Under the pieces are notes generated by a model. That model was not told the origin of the DNA, searched no databases, and saw nothing but the letters and a program-made list of their open reading frames with translations. A DNA stretch of 64,000 nt, taken from Lytechinus pictus. Its lineage: Eukaryota. Position numbers and translations under genes: made by a program. Of the stretch, positions 14,734-28,059 are shown one piece after another. The stretch spans positions 12,464,001-12,528,000 of the forward strand of contig NC_087263.1 of the NCBI RefSeq assembly GCF_037042905.1. Direction: 5' to 3'. The stretch's first letter is position 1; each line of letters begins with the position of its first letter.

Positions 14734-15598
14734 GACACCATTCTCACTACCTTCCTAAAACTAGTTTAGGGCGATTCCATGCTAGAAAAATCAGCCATTT
14801 TCACAACATTTGTCAACCTGCTGTCCAAATGAACGAAGAACTTCAATTTGCTTTGTGGTAATATTAAAGTACAGTACTACTGGGTAGACATGCAAAAAAC
14901 TGACAACCAACAAAAATATGTTGTCCATAGGTTAATTAGAGCTTAAGATGTTGCGTGTCGTACGGGACATTTCTGCGTCCCGTACGACACAACATTTTCA
15001 CCTATAATTTACCTATAATCAAATTTTTTGTGTTGGTTATTAGTTTTTCACATGACTACTCACTATAGCTTTATCATAGATAAAAAAGAATATTTTATTG
15101 CTCAAGCATTCGGCTAGGAAACTAGAAATTGTTGTCTAAATGTCCCGTATGACACGTATGGAATCGCCCTTTAGTGGATACCAGTTTAGTGGAAACCAGT
15201 TTAATGTGTTATGAGAACGGTCGAAGCGATCTTCCAAGCTGGTTCAGAAAACCACCTCGGGATGTACTTTTCAAGATCGCTTTGCCTCGTTAAATTGGTT
15301 TTAACCTTAACGTGAGGTCACAACCGTTCTTCAAGAAGCGATCTTTGCACATTTTGAGCGGGCTATATGTACTCCACACGACAGGTGTAGAATGCCTATG
15401 CGGCGGTTTCAAATTTTGCGTGAAACATGTCGCCCCACTGAGAGCGTTTCCATAGCAACAAGATCGCTTTAGGTGAAGTGATTTTGAAAACCACTTTCGC
15501 GTGATCAAGTGGGAATGCTAGCAAACCGATCTTCTAAACTGGTTTCCTGAACCGGTTTCCAGTAAACTACTTTAAGAAAGCATAATGAGAATGGTGTC
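14734..15598. mobile_element. MITE with GACACCATTCTCA TIRs, host of a nested insertion
   Basis: gacaccattctca ... tgagaatggtgtc, plus subterminal ggaaaccagttta/taaactggtttcc repeats. Confidence 0.8.
14769..15169. mobile_element. Nested MITE, GGGCGATTCCAT TIRs, TTTA TSD (Kolobok-like)
   Basis: ttta|gggcgattccat ... atggaatcgccc|ttta. Confidence 0.8.
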
Positions 15599-15599
15599 T

Positions 15600-15780
15600 T
15601 TGACCCGCAGGTCTCTCCTCCTGAGATTGGGGGAGTGCAAATAGACCACTACACCAGGGTTTCCCCCGTCTCTTTATAAGAATAGTGCAAGTGGGTTCTT
15701 AGCGTGCAAAGCACATTCAAAACCACACAACACAGGTGGACTTGAGCCCACAGGCGGACACTTTACCGACTGAGCCAAAT
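15600..15780 (-). mobile_element. Degenerate tRNA-derived SINE fragment
   Basis: Minus strand reads ttggctcagtcggtaaag (A-box-like). Confidence 0.45.
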
Positions 15781-15907
15781 TCATTCTCTACAGTTTATTT
15801 CTTTGTTGTATTGTGAGAATCAGTACGCTGTGTGATTATTATTCAGTCATCAACCCAAATCAAAATTTTACTGTGATTTGTATACTTCAAACTTTTCCTT
15901 TAAAAAA

Positions 15908-16145
15908 ATGATAATAAATAATATAGGATTTGTATAGCGCACATACTGTATCGACCTTGCTAGGTGCTCAAGGTGCTTCTATATTACCCCGGCTAAGCTA
16001 GTCTACCGATTCTGGTGCGCACAGCTTTTTAAGGAATTACTTCCTTCCGGTACCCATTTACCTCACCTGGGTCGAGTGCAGCACAATGTGGATAAATTTC
16101 TTGCTGAAGGAAAAACGCGCCATGGCTAGGATTCGAAGCCACGAG
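15908..16145 (-). mobile_element. tRNA-derived SINE, same family as 59626
   Basis: Reverse complement of ttcgaatcctagccatggcg...gacccaggtgaggt.aatgggtacc, with (ATT)n tail. Confidence 0.85.
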
Positions 16146-17182
16146 CAAGCAATGATGTTCACACAGACCTATGAATGAAATAATTAAATAAATTACAATT
16201 GACCTGTCTGTATTAGGTACCGATGTAGCAAAAATAAATCTTCATCACAAATAATTCACATGAATATAATTTTTTACATGAATGATGCTTTTTAATATAA
16301 TTATTAAATAGTCGTTTTGAAAGTCAGCACTGCATACTGCTATATTGAGTCGCGTAATGCAGGCGAGACTGCCAGAGGCGCTCCAATTGTTTCTTCATTT
16401 TGGGGCATTAAATCTTTTGCAATGGACCTGTTTTTATATGACATTTTCAGATTCTCCTTATTGGATTAATTAAAAAAAAAAAACTAAAACTCACAATAAC
16501 TTGAAAATATTACTTATTGATTGTAATATACCATATTTCCCTCATCTCGAATTCCTGTTCAAAGCAGTTTGATACTGGATATGTAACTTACACTGCTCTC
16601 TGCTGCAAAAAGGAAGCAACTGCGTGAAATTAGTAGAAATAATTTCTCAGGAAATGATGAAAATGTGTCATTGCGAAAGTGTGTCATTGCTTTATGTGGA
16701 AATACATCAAATTGCTTTTGAAGTTTCTATATTTCAGATATTGGGGGCTACGCGACTCTCTTTCCTTTTAAACAGCTTCATGTATCCAGAAAATATATCC
16801 CAAATCAAGAAAAAGCAAATTTTGAAAAAAATATAACTTTACTTCCTCATAGTTGAATCATTTTTATTTTATTTACAGTGCATACATTGCTGTACAGATC
16901 ACCGTCTCAAGTTCATTACCCTTGTGATTGTACATGTAGGTATGTGATCACAAAACGGTTATTACCCAGCGGAAGTGTTCGTTTCTAAGTTTGCTTTTTG
17001 ACGAGTGAGGAAGTTGTTAATTGCGGCATTGCCTATGAAGGAAGGGTTGATGAGACCGCAAAGACCGGAAACACTCCCGCTCGTCATTTTTGTGTCATCG
17101 CGTCGGACTAGGTGGGATATCCCCTTCTTTAACGGTGGAATGGTTCACCTATTTACGGCAACCTGGGCACTATTAATGTACT

Positions 17183-17635
17183 ACTAATAATAATAATGTT
17201 GATGATGATCATAATAATAATAATAATAAATAAGTATTAATAATGTTAAAAATAATAATGATGATGTTAATAATAACAATAATTAAGATAATAGTGTTAA
17301 TGATGATGATAATAATAATAATCATAATAATAAATAAGTGCTGATAATGCTGTTAAAAATAATAATAATGATCATAATGATGTTAATAATAACAATAACT
17401 AAGATAATAATATTTATGATTATGATGATGATTATAATTATAATCTTCATATTGATTACATATATATATAATAATAATAATAACAATGATAAATGATGAT
17501 GATAATAATGAAAATAATACACTTAGTAATACTACTACTACTGCTGCTACTGCTGCTGTTGTTGCTGCTGCTGCTACTACTCTACGTACTAATACTACTG
17601 CTACTATTAATTCTTTACTACTAAGTACTATTTAT
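17183..17635. repeat. (AAT)n followed by (CTA/CTG)n microsatellite
   Basis: Direct reading. Confidence 0.9.
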
Positions 17636-20600
17636 AAAGTGCCAAATTCAGTTGTAGAGTGAACATTTTGAAGGACCTAAGAGAGATGCAATGAAGTTGG
17701 TCCCTGTGTCATACTTCACAAAGTTTGCACTATTTGGCGAATAAGCCATCATTACATATGTACATTCAATCACGTCATGTTTGCCAAGTGATTTACCCCA
17801 AAATGGGATTTTCCCCAAATCTGAGCTCAAAGGTCAATGCCAGGCATTTTTATCATTCTCAAAATATGTATACTGAATTTTTCCCTTTTGCTTTATCTCT
17901 AATTTGATTGATGGATACTCGGAAGTGCGCGTCCTGTGCGCATATTATGACCATTTTGGTGGTATGCATGCCACTGAAATTTAAAAGTCGCTAGTTAAAT
18001 TTGTGTGAAACATCCTCCCTGATCACACACTGTGTTTTCCTAGATATTTTTAATTTATGTAATTAAGAATTTGAGTAAACTGAAAGGAACACCAAAATAT
18101 CTATTTTGGTGAACATGAAGATTATCTCTTTCTCAGAATAGTGTGTAATGTTACCCATATGCAATGATGTCCATGCTTGTGTGTGATATGTCATGAATGT
18201 GAAATGTACACTCGATAGTTTGGATTTAGCTTCTGTAAAATGAACTGTATTTAAACTTGGCAGCCAATAAAGTTACTGACATTTGAGAAAACAAATTATT
18301 ATTATCTGTCCCTATAAATGGGGCAGATTCAGGCCTTCATATAAGAGGGGCCACAAGTTTTGGGAATTTGTTCATAAACACCTTTATACTAAAAGTCTAA
18401 ATCCAGCCAAGTCACTGTAAATGAGAAGCAAAATTTACTTTGGGCTGAGTGACAATTTCTCCACATTTTATCTCTTTTTTTTACATGCTGATCATAAAAG
18501 GCCATCACCCCAAAATTGGAGGGGGGGGGGGGGGAATGGGGCACATTTTTTTTACAAGGGGAGCTTATCAGTGATAGCTATCATTCTTCAGCAACATGTA
18601 GAAACTATCAGTACCATTGGTGTGATAAGGAAGGCAAAATTCAAAGAAACAATAAAAAAACAATAGTGATTGTCATCCCTTCAGAATTAATTCTGCATGC
18701 AAAGATACATATTCAGTGATCTAGATATAGATGATGTATTTTTCAAACAAAAGATGTCAGGGCACATGGTTAAATGCCAGTGATAATTGTTTATAGACCT
18801 ATATTATCTAGTAATAGAATATGTTTTATCAAAGAGTTGTTTATTATCAATTATACACAGGATTGGGTAACTTGTCCACCTTTGTATTCAGTCATAAAAA
18901 CTGGACAAGAGATACTGGTATTCATCCTCATTTTTTTGCCGTCCTTGTCATTAACTTGTCTTTGGGTTGGGGGTGGGGGGGGGGGTGGTTGGAATTCAGG
19001 AGGCTATTACATGTTCCATCCACTGCATCTGAAAAGATAGAATCAAATTGACAAAGGAACAAGATTGGATTTGGGAGACCAACCAAATACGAAGCATGGT
19101 ATTGCAAATACGATAGCTCTAGAGGATGAAATATATCTGCAGGCATTTCTGATGAAATCTGCGACCATTTACCAATCCTCGTTAAATCGGTGACAGTACT
19201 TTCTTCACCGAGGAAATGGTACAAATATAGATTGCAATTCCCGTGGACTGTTAGTCTTTAGCATGCATTAGTAATTGGTCGGCAAATATCTGTACATCAT
19301 GTAAGTAGCAATGTCACAATTCATTTCTTTGATTGAATAAAGCCTTCGTGCAAGACAGTTTTCATTTATTACGTACTCCTACTCTGCCTAGAATGTCTGT
19401 ATATATATGGTAATTTGTCCTTTGCTTCAATAAGAACTATCACGAGGATGAAAGTTTATAGTAATAGTGATTATATTGGGCTTTTATAAGTAATGCTTCA
19501 TACATTAAAACAATGTCTCTAGGCTCTCCAAAATATATTATTATCGGGATTGATTACGATAAGTGCTTTTAACGATTGAGGAGATCTCAATTTTTCCTTG
19601 ATTTATATCCGAGATCTAAAAGGGGAATCTAATCGTGAAGGTCGTATAGCTTTACCGAGATTATACTTCGAGAGCCACTGACTGTTTAGAGAGACTGTAT
19701 ACTAGGCTAATAAGGAGGAAAATTTTATTAGAGCTGATAAGAGGTACAATTTCATTAGTGGCATCACGTTCTTTGGGTTTTTTTCCGGGAGCGGTCAGTG
19801 GTGATCTGTAGGCACTTAATGGATATTGTATGAGTGATGAGCCGATGGATTGACTGTGAGGTTGGGAGAGATGGTGAAAAGGAGAAGGAGTAGGGAGAAT
19901 TCCGTAGAAAGGAAAAAATGAGAGGGGGAGGGAAAGAAGAAGAAAGGAAAATGAAGAAAGGGAGTGGGATGTATAAAGAGTGTAAAAAAGTGAGAATGTC
20001 ATAGAAAGATGGGTATAAGTAAGAAAGTGGATGAGAGAGAGAGGAGAAAAGGAGAAGAGAAAAAGTAAGAGTATATATTTTTACATGTTAATTATCATTG
20101 ATGTTGTTGAATATAATTATGATGACAAGGATTTGTATCGTAAATATTTGTTATAAATGTATCATGTATGAAAATGATTTGTATCAATATTTATGTCATT
20201 TCTGTTGGAAATGTAGAATCTGAATCTGAAAAAGTAAATGGTGGGTGATGGGGAGAGAAAGAGGAAAACAGAAGGCAACAGAGTGAATGAGAGGATGAGG
20301 AGGAACTGGGAAGAAAAAAAGCGAAGGGGGAGTGACAGAGAAAAAAAGTGAAAAGGTGGGTGAGAGAGAGAGATAAAGGAAAAGAAAAATGTAGCGGAAG
20401 ACAGAGGACGAGAGCAAGTGATGATGTCAAAGAAGGATCAATGAGACAAATTTTTTTAATGAAACTGGGAGAAAAGAGAATTTTTTAAGAAAATAAACAG
20501 GTTGGGGGGCACAATATTCAGTTTCTTTGGGCCTACTTGCAATTTTCAATGAGTTTGCACAGAAGAGGAATGATACTGAAGTCACTTTTGTTGAAAGGTT

Positions 20601-20652
20601 TTAAAATCAAAATTGCATTAGAAATACTTCCAGTGCAGTTTACTATAACCTG

Positions 20653-20915
20653 GGCCCCGTCTTACAAAGAGTTACGATTGATCCAATCAATCGTAACTCT
20701 ATGGAAATCCATCAGTGTCATAATTTTTTTCTACAGGAAATTTGCACAATGTCTTTTGTAAACAAAGAGAAGCACAGCAATTTTTCAAGAAAACATTGAA
20801 TGCATGAATATACATCATAGTTACAAAATATTTTGAACAAACTAGATGTTGACATTGCTGGCCATCCATAGTTGCGATTGATTAGATCAATCGCAACTCT
20901 TTGTAAGACGGGGCC
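20653..20915. mobile_element. MITE family B (GGCCCCGTCTTACAAAGAG TIR, CWG TSD; PIF/Harbinger-like)
   Basis: ctg|ggccccgtcttacaaagagtt ... aactctttgtaagacggggcc|ctg. Confidence 0.9.
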
Positions 20916-20968
20916 CTGATCTAACAAAATAATGTTCATATTACTTTCTTTCTAAAAGAATCATTCAG

Positions 20969-21391
20969 CAGACCTGCCAACCTGTACGTTTTTGCAACCA
21001 AAATACGGCAGTACGTTTTTTCTTTAAAAAATACTTTTTTTCTTTTTTTTTTAATACAAAATCGTAATTTATTGAGAAAAATCATCTCTATATGTCTCTA
21101 TTTCATAAAACGTACACAAATATGGTTATTAGATCAATGTAATTTCAGGTAACTTTTTTTTTTTTTCAATCATTTTGTAAAAACCAGGGTGAGATATACA
21201 CAAGTTTAGCTTGCATGCAGCTTGAGCGCCGTGATGGGCGAGTGCACCAAGCATTTTATTATGAAATACACTTTTTTGGGGAAAAATACAAAATATTTAT
21301 CTCACACGGTAAAAATACTGATTTTTTTGTCAAAATACTGATTTTGGGGGATAAGAATACTGGAAATGCAAAATACAACTTGGCAGCTCTG
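20969..21391. mobile_element. MITE with CAG...CTG ends and 6-bp TSD
   Basis: attcag|cagacctgccaa ... ttggcagctctg|attcag. Confidence 0.85.
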
Positions 21392-21440
21392 ATTCAGACA
21401 ATAATTCCGAGAAACTAGAAATCATCAGTTTGCAAATTAA

Positions 21441-22043
21441 AGGACAAGTCCAACCCAACAAAAACTTGATTTGAATAAAAAGAGAAAAATTCAACAAGCA
21501 TAACACTGAAAATTTCATCAAAATCGGATGTAAAATAAGAAAGTTATGACATTTTAAAGTTTCGCTTCATTTCACAAAACAGTTATATGCACATCTCGGT
21601 CGGTATGCAAATGAGGGTACTGATGACATCACTCACTCACTATTTCTTTTGTATTTTATTATATAAAATATGAAATATTTTGATCTTCTCGTCATTGTCA
21701 TGTGAAATGAAGTTTCATTCCTCCCTGAACACGTGGAATTTCATTATTTTAAAATTTTGTGCTTCAGGCAAGGAGGTCCTAATCATCAAATTCGTAAAAA
21801 TTGAAATATTGTATAATTCAAACAATAAAAAACAAAAGAAATAGTGAGTGAGTGACGTCATTGACTCTCTCATTTGGATGTAACTGGCTCGTTCATATAA
21901 CTATTATGTTAAAAATAAGCGAAACTTTGAAATGTCATAACTTTCTTATTTTACACCCGATTTTGATGAAATTTTCAGCATTGTGCTTGTCTGATTTTTC
22001 TCTATTGATTCAAATCAACATTTTTCTGAGGTGGACTTGACCT
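21441..22043. mobile_element. MITE family A (TTAA TSD, AGG...CCT ends; Kolobok/T2-like)
   Basis: ttaa|aggacaagtc ... gacttgacct|ttaa, long imperfect TIR arms. Confidence 0.92.
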
Positions 22044-22199
22044 TTAAGAAAGAGAAGCATACAAGGGAATCGACAAACATGGAAAAACCTCTATGCCATC
22101 TGTCTCGCCATCTGTTGTTGAGATTTTTTATATTGTCATCATTTATAGCATACTTATGGACCATGTTTTGATGTTATAGAAGTTTATTTCGCTGTAAGC

Positions 22200-23990
22200 A
22201 CTATAAATAGTTGGGTATTACCACAAGGATATAAAGATTTATTTTACTGTAGCCTTACTGCCTTTCTACCATATGGATATTGTATTTTACAGTATCCTTT
22301 CTATCATACAACCATAAGAATACTATATTTTACAGTATCCTTAGTAATCACACTACCGTACTGCCATTGTATTTAATAGTATCTTTACTATTGTACTACC
22401 ATAAGGACATTCAATTGTACAGCATACACTGTCATAAAAAGGAAGCTGTATTTTACAATATCCTTATTACTGTACTACGTAAAGGATAAATTGTATTTTA
22501 CAGTATCCTTTCTACCATTCTACCATAAGAATACTGTATTTCACACTATCCATAACACTGTAAGGGTGTGAGGACACTGTATTTATATTTACAGTATCCT
22601 TTCTACCATTTTACCTTAAGAATACTGTAACTTGCATTAGCCATACTACCATAAATGATACTGTATTTTACAGTGTCCTTTACTACCATACTGCTATAGG
22701 TATACTGTATTTTACAGTATCCTTATTACCATAATACCATAAGTATACTATATTTTACAGTATCCTCACTACCGTACTACCATAAGTATACTGTATTTTA
22801 CAGTAACCTCACTAACTACCGTGCGACATGTACCATTAAGACTTTGTATTCCTTAATAAACTGCATTTTACAGTATCCTTACTACCATACTACTATAAGG
22901 ATACTGTATGTTACAGTGTCCTTACTACAATGTACTATACTGCATTTTACAATATCCTTACTACCATACTACTATCAGGATACTGTATTTTGCAGTATCC
23001 TTACTACCATATTACCATAAGTCTACTGTATTTTACAGTATCCTTACTACTGTACTACCATAAGTCTACTGTATTTTACAGTATCCTTAGTGCCATATTA
23101 CCATAAGGCTACTGTATCTTAAAGCATCCTTACTAACATACTACTATCATGATACTGTATTTCACAGTGTTCTTACTACATGTACCATACTACTGTAGGT
23201 AAAGTTCATTTTACAATATCCTTACTACCATACTTCTATCAGGATATTGTATTTTACAGTATCCTTACTACTGTACTACCATAAGTATACTGTATTTTAC
23301 AGTATCCTTACTGCCATATTACCATAAGGCTACTGTATCTTAAAGCATCCTTACTACCATACTACTATCAGGATACTGTATTTTACAGTGTTCTTACTAC
23401 CATACTACTGTAGGTATACTTCATTTTACAATATCCTTACTACCATACTTCTATCAGGATATTGTATTTTACAGTTTCCTTACTACCATACTACTATCAG
23501 GATACTGTATTTTACAGTGTTCTTACTACCATACTACTGTAGGTAAACTTCATTTTACAATATCCTTACTACCATACTTCTATCAGGATATTGTATTTTA
23601 CAGTTTCCTCACTACCAAACTACTATCAGGACACTGTATTTTACAGTATTCTTACTAATGTACTACCATAAGTATGCATTTTACAGTATCCTCACTACCA
23701 TACTGCCATAAGTATACTGCATTTTACAGCATCCTTACTACCATACTACTATAAGGATACTGTACTTTACAGTATTCTTACTAAAATACTATCATAAGTA
23801 TACTGTAATATACAGTAAAAACTCACTACCATGCCACATGTACCATTAAGACATTGTATTCCTTCATTAATGTACTACCATAAGGGCACTATATTTTACA
23901 GTATCTTCACTACTGTACTAATTCAAGGACAATGTATTTTACAGTTTCCTTTACCATTCAACCATATGAATGTACCATATTTTACTTCCC
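22200..23990. repeat. ~43-bp minisatellite with palindromic core
   Basis: Consensus ggatactgtattttacagtatccttactaccatactaccataa; period 43 measured between 22981 and 23024. Confidence 0.95.
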
Positions 23991-26092
23991 AAATATACTT
24001 ATGAATTTCAATTCCCAAGAATTTAATGAAATCATTTACTGATGGCGGAAAGATAATGCAATAAAGCTGATAGTTTTGCACATATATTAGAGATTCGATC
24101 AAACTTCCTGTTGATAAGATTAATGTTGTTTTTCATAAAGTGAAACCAGTAATTATAATTAAGTAGGTTCATCATTGTTTAGACTCTTGTACTAAATAAT
24201 GCGAAAGTCACCAATGGAAAGGAGCTGCAACTCCTCTGCTATTTTTGGTGTTAATGTACAATCTCTTGTAAAATGCATTGTTCATTTATTTACATTGAAT
24301 CATTTGTCCCATGATAAATGTATGAGTAATGGGTTTGTTTTTCATCTAACTGATTCTCACTTTCACAGAAATAATTAATCAATTTTAGTTTTCATTATTT
24401 TATTGTCTTCAAAGCATGGATAGGATTTCATGAAAAAGTTGCACACTTGACATGTCTCTGATTTTTGTTGTTGAGGGGGTTCACCTTTTTTTGTTCAAAG
24501 TCATCTGATCATCCCCATATTGGGCCTCAGGTATTTTCTGTCAAGCAAAAAGAGAATAGAAGATGCTCAATTAAAGAAGGAGGTGTAATTCTGCCCAGTT
24601 TTCCAGCAAAAAAAGGATGGTTATTCACTTTTTACAGACATGAAGGTGGAAAATTGATTTTTTTTTTTTTTTTTTTTGGGGGGGGGGGGGGGGGGGGACA
24701 GGCGTAGAATGCCCCTGTCTATGTATTTAATGTATATCTGCCACTGCTACAATGTACTACTTGCCATTCTACATTTCAATAATGATAATAAATAAAAGTA
24801 ATACAGATAATGAATAAAAGTAATACATGTGCTTGAAGCCTAATGCGCTCCTCTTGTTTCTTGCGTTCAAAAGAAGACAGATACATATTGAAACCTTGGC
24901 CATTATCCATTCATGTGTAATTTTGAAATACACGGTCGCATAGAGGCATATAAGTTTATCATGGTAACAGGTAAGAGCATCATTTTGGAAACAGAAAACA
25001 AATTGTTTTAAAATATGTATGGCATGTAGGCTACAGGAATCATGCATGATGCTTACATGCTTACCCAAGTACAAAACTTGTCGAGTTAGGAAAAAAAATT
25101 ATTCATAGCATAAATTCTTAGATACATTTGCTTATGGCTGAGCAGTTTCTCATTTTGTACCAGCATTTCTATATATGCAAACAAATAACAAACAAACCTT
25201 GATTTTGTGGTTCATGTGGTCGTTTTGTTTGATTTTCTGCAAACTCATTTCATGTTCTTCACCACAACCGGAATTGAAGCAATGCAAATAAAGGAACATT
25301 ATGACTGGAATATCACAATTACTTTTTGTACAAATTATTGGATCCGTGAGCACTGTGTTGTAGAAAAGGCATTGCTGTATAAGCAGTGATCATTCATGAA
25401 ACAGGTATATTTTTTTCAGTGTCTAGGTTGAGTAAAGATTTTTCTAAAGCTATGTCTGTTAAAAGAAAAATTTTGTAGACCACTATTGAAAATGAAGTGA
25501 AAAAGGGTGCATTGTTTATCCACGGGAGGTTAATTAAGCTACTTTTGTTGAATATTCTATTCAATATTCTGCATGGTGAAGTGAGAATTATCAAAGCAAT
25601 TAGTTTGATTACACTGGCTGGATGAACAAATTTGATTAAAATGGGAGGCATAATGAAGGGTAGTTACTATAATGCTTTTGAATGTGCCTGTATTTTGTAT
25701 AAAAAATGGACTTTATTATGTCAACTATTGTAAATGGTAGACATTTATGTCCATGGAGGTTGGAGGATCTAGTTTGCAGGTGTTTTGACTTGCAGGAGTA
25801 CAATAAAGACCACTTCAATAGCTTCGATATGAGCTTTCCTTCTTTGTGTTTTACAATTGTCATAACTCTATATAAAAAAGAGGGATTATACAACTCTAGC
25901 AAAGCGATGCATTGATGTTTTTCACAAGGTGTAGAAATGTCCAAATATTTTTCACTCATATGATTAGAGTTCTTTTCATCGGTCTGCATTTTCTACTTCA
26001 AAGTTTCCAATTTACCATTCTATCATTATTATCATTTTAGCATTAAGCACATGAGAAAATGAAGCTCTGCATAACAAGTGCCATGAACAGAA

Positions 26093-26290
26093 GGTTCCAT
26101 GACATTTGCTCCGCTGCAAATTCCACACATAAATGGAATGACCAACTTCAACCCTGGACTTAACACTATTCCCTATCGTAAACCTAACCCTAAATCTAAT
26201 ATTTTTTAAAACCCTCTTGCAATCCTAAACCTATATCTTGCAGGAAATAAAGCCTGGAGCAGTTGTCGCAGGAGCAAATGCCATGTCACC
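26093..26290. mobile_element. MITE with GGTTCCATGACATTTGCTCC TIR; relatives at 41124-41321 and ~56580-56705
   Basis: Inverted ends; 8-bp near-TSD gaacagaa/taacagaa; internal ctaaccct motifs. Confidence 0.7.
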
Positions 26291-28059
26291 TAACAGAAAA
26301 TTGTCTTACCATACATTCCTCTTGAATTCAAAAAAATTATTAACTCTGTTCACAAATGTGTGTTGTCATGATTACAGTGTCTGAGCACTAGGTGGGGCTA
26401 TTCACATTCTGACTCGAGCTATCATTGGGGGCAACGGGCTGGGGATTCTTTTATGTTAGGTATATTTCCTTCCAAGCAGACTGACAAAATATGATAATGA
26501 TAAGAAAATTATGAAATGAAGGAAATAAAAAGGTCATTCTTTTTCCTGAAAATCCTTTTCCAATTACCAGGATTTTAGGAAGCGGTACAATTAGGCAAAA
26601 TATTTTACAGGAGATTTGAAGTTCATCGAAAGAACAGATTGATATTTTTATATTGCTGGCAGTTTGCTCAAATTTGGGTGTAATTCTAAAATAGTTAAGT
26701 CACATGATTGTAGTATTTCTAAATTTTGTTTTATTTCAGAGAATAGTTACATCAACAATACTGGCAGGATGCACAATAAGAAGTGAGAAATCAAATTGGT
26801 AATACTAAAAAAAAAAAAATCATCATTTTTTTCCTCCTAAAATGTACATGTTCTAACTAAACTTGAAAAAGTGGGAGCAATGGTCTTTATTATAAAATCT
26901 GCATGAAATGAAAAAAAAATTATATAATTTTAGCCGATATACTTTGTAAAATAAGTACCCTAACTGTCTTATTACCACTCTACATTGTAATCACTTTCCT
27001 TATTTTCCAACGCTTAATTTCACATCGCTTCATTTTTTTATTAGCTCCTTTACAGATAATTCATCGTTCCGTGCATTACGAGTTCAATTTATAATTGCTT
27101 CTCATATGGATTAATATTAGAGTTGATTGGTAGGCACTTATCTTAATTAATATTGCATAAAGTAATTAGCTGATGGATGCTTTTTTATTCAACTCTGCTA
27201 TTGCAGCAAAGTAAAAGGCACTTTAAAGAAAAGTTATCCTCATTTGCTTATATGGAGAAAAACTATATTACATGAAATACACATGTATGCATAGTGCATA
27301 CAGAGTGGGTGACTTCATGTTTTTTATTACCTATTGTAGCCGTTTTCTCTCCCTTTTGCTGCAGTTTTTTAGCACTTTAGAAAAATGGCTACATAACGGC
27401 AGATTTTATTAAAATTTAGATTTCACCATGGCAAATTTTCGTCATTCTGGACAGCTTTGCCCACTGTCATTAAAGCTAAAATTGCGTGATAGGAAATAGT
27501 TTGGAAGCAATCTCAAATTGTCTATTATACGCCAGAATGCTTATTTACAATGTAGAACAACTAAGTTTAATTGAAATAATTCAGGCTTGCTTGAAATAAT
27601 CCTCATTTCATTACCACATGCAAACGCAGGAAACAACACGTGGGACCACACTATATAATCAGACGGGCATTTTTCAGTAATTTTTCTCATCTTCATTCAT
27701 TCATTACTCTGTAATGACTTTTTTCCTGAAAAGGCATTTGGCAGATATCAAGTTAAAATGTGGGATAGCGTGAAGTAAAGCCTCTAGAGGTAATAATATT
27801 CGGCTATTAGTACTAGCATATTTGACAAGCTTGCCACACCAAGCATTACCATCATCCTCCTCACTGTCAAGAGCAAATATTATGCCGATTGTATAATATG
27901 TCATGCAAGAGTGGTTATCTAATATGCAAGAAAGATTTTATCAATAAGGTCATCTCTCCCTGTCAAGAACAAATAGTATGCCGATTGGATAATACATGTA
28001 TGTTGTAGAAGAGAAGTTGTTTAATAACCAAGAAAGATATCAGTATGGTCATCTCCCCA

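Noticed and set aside
16879..16939. Possible 5'UTR exon (tttacag|...tag|gtatgt)
   Set aside because: Only splice-like dinucleotides; no independent support
22200..23990. CRISPR array
   Set aside because: Palindromic repeats are present, but the linkers are themselves repeated, there are no cas genes, and the context is eukaryotic
26170..26230. Interstitial telomeric repeats (ctaaccct)
   Set aside because: Only a few motifs, internal to a dispersed MITE family
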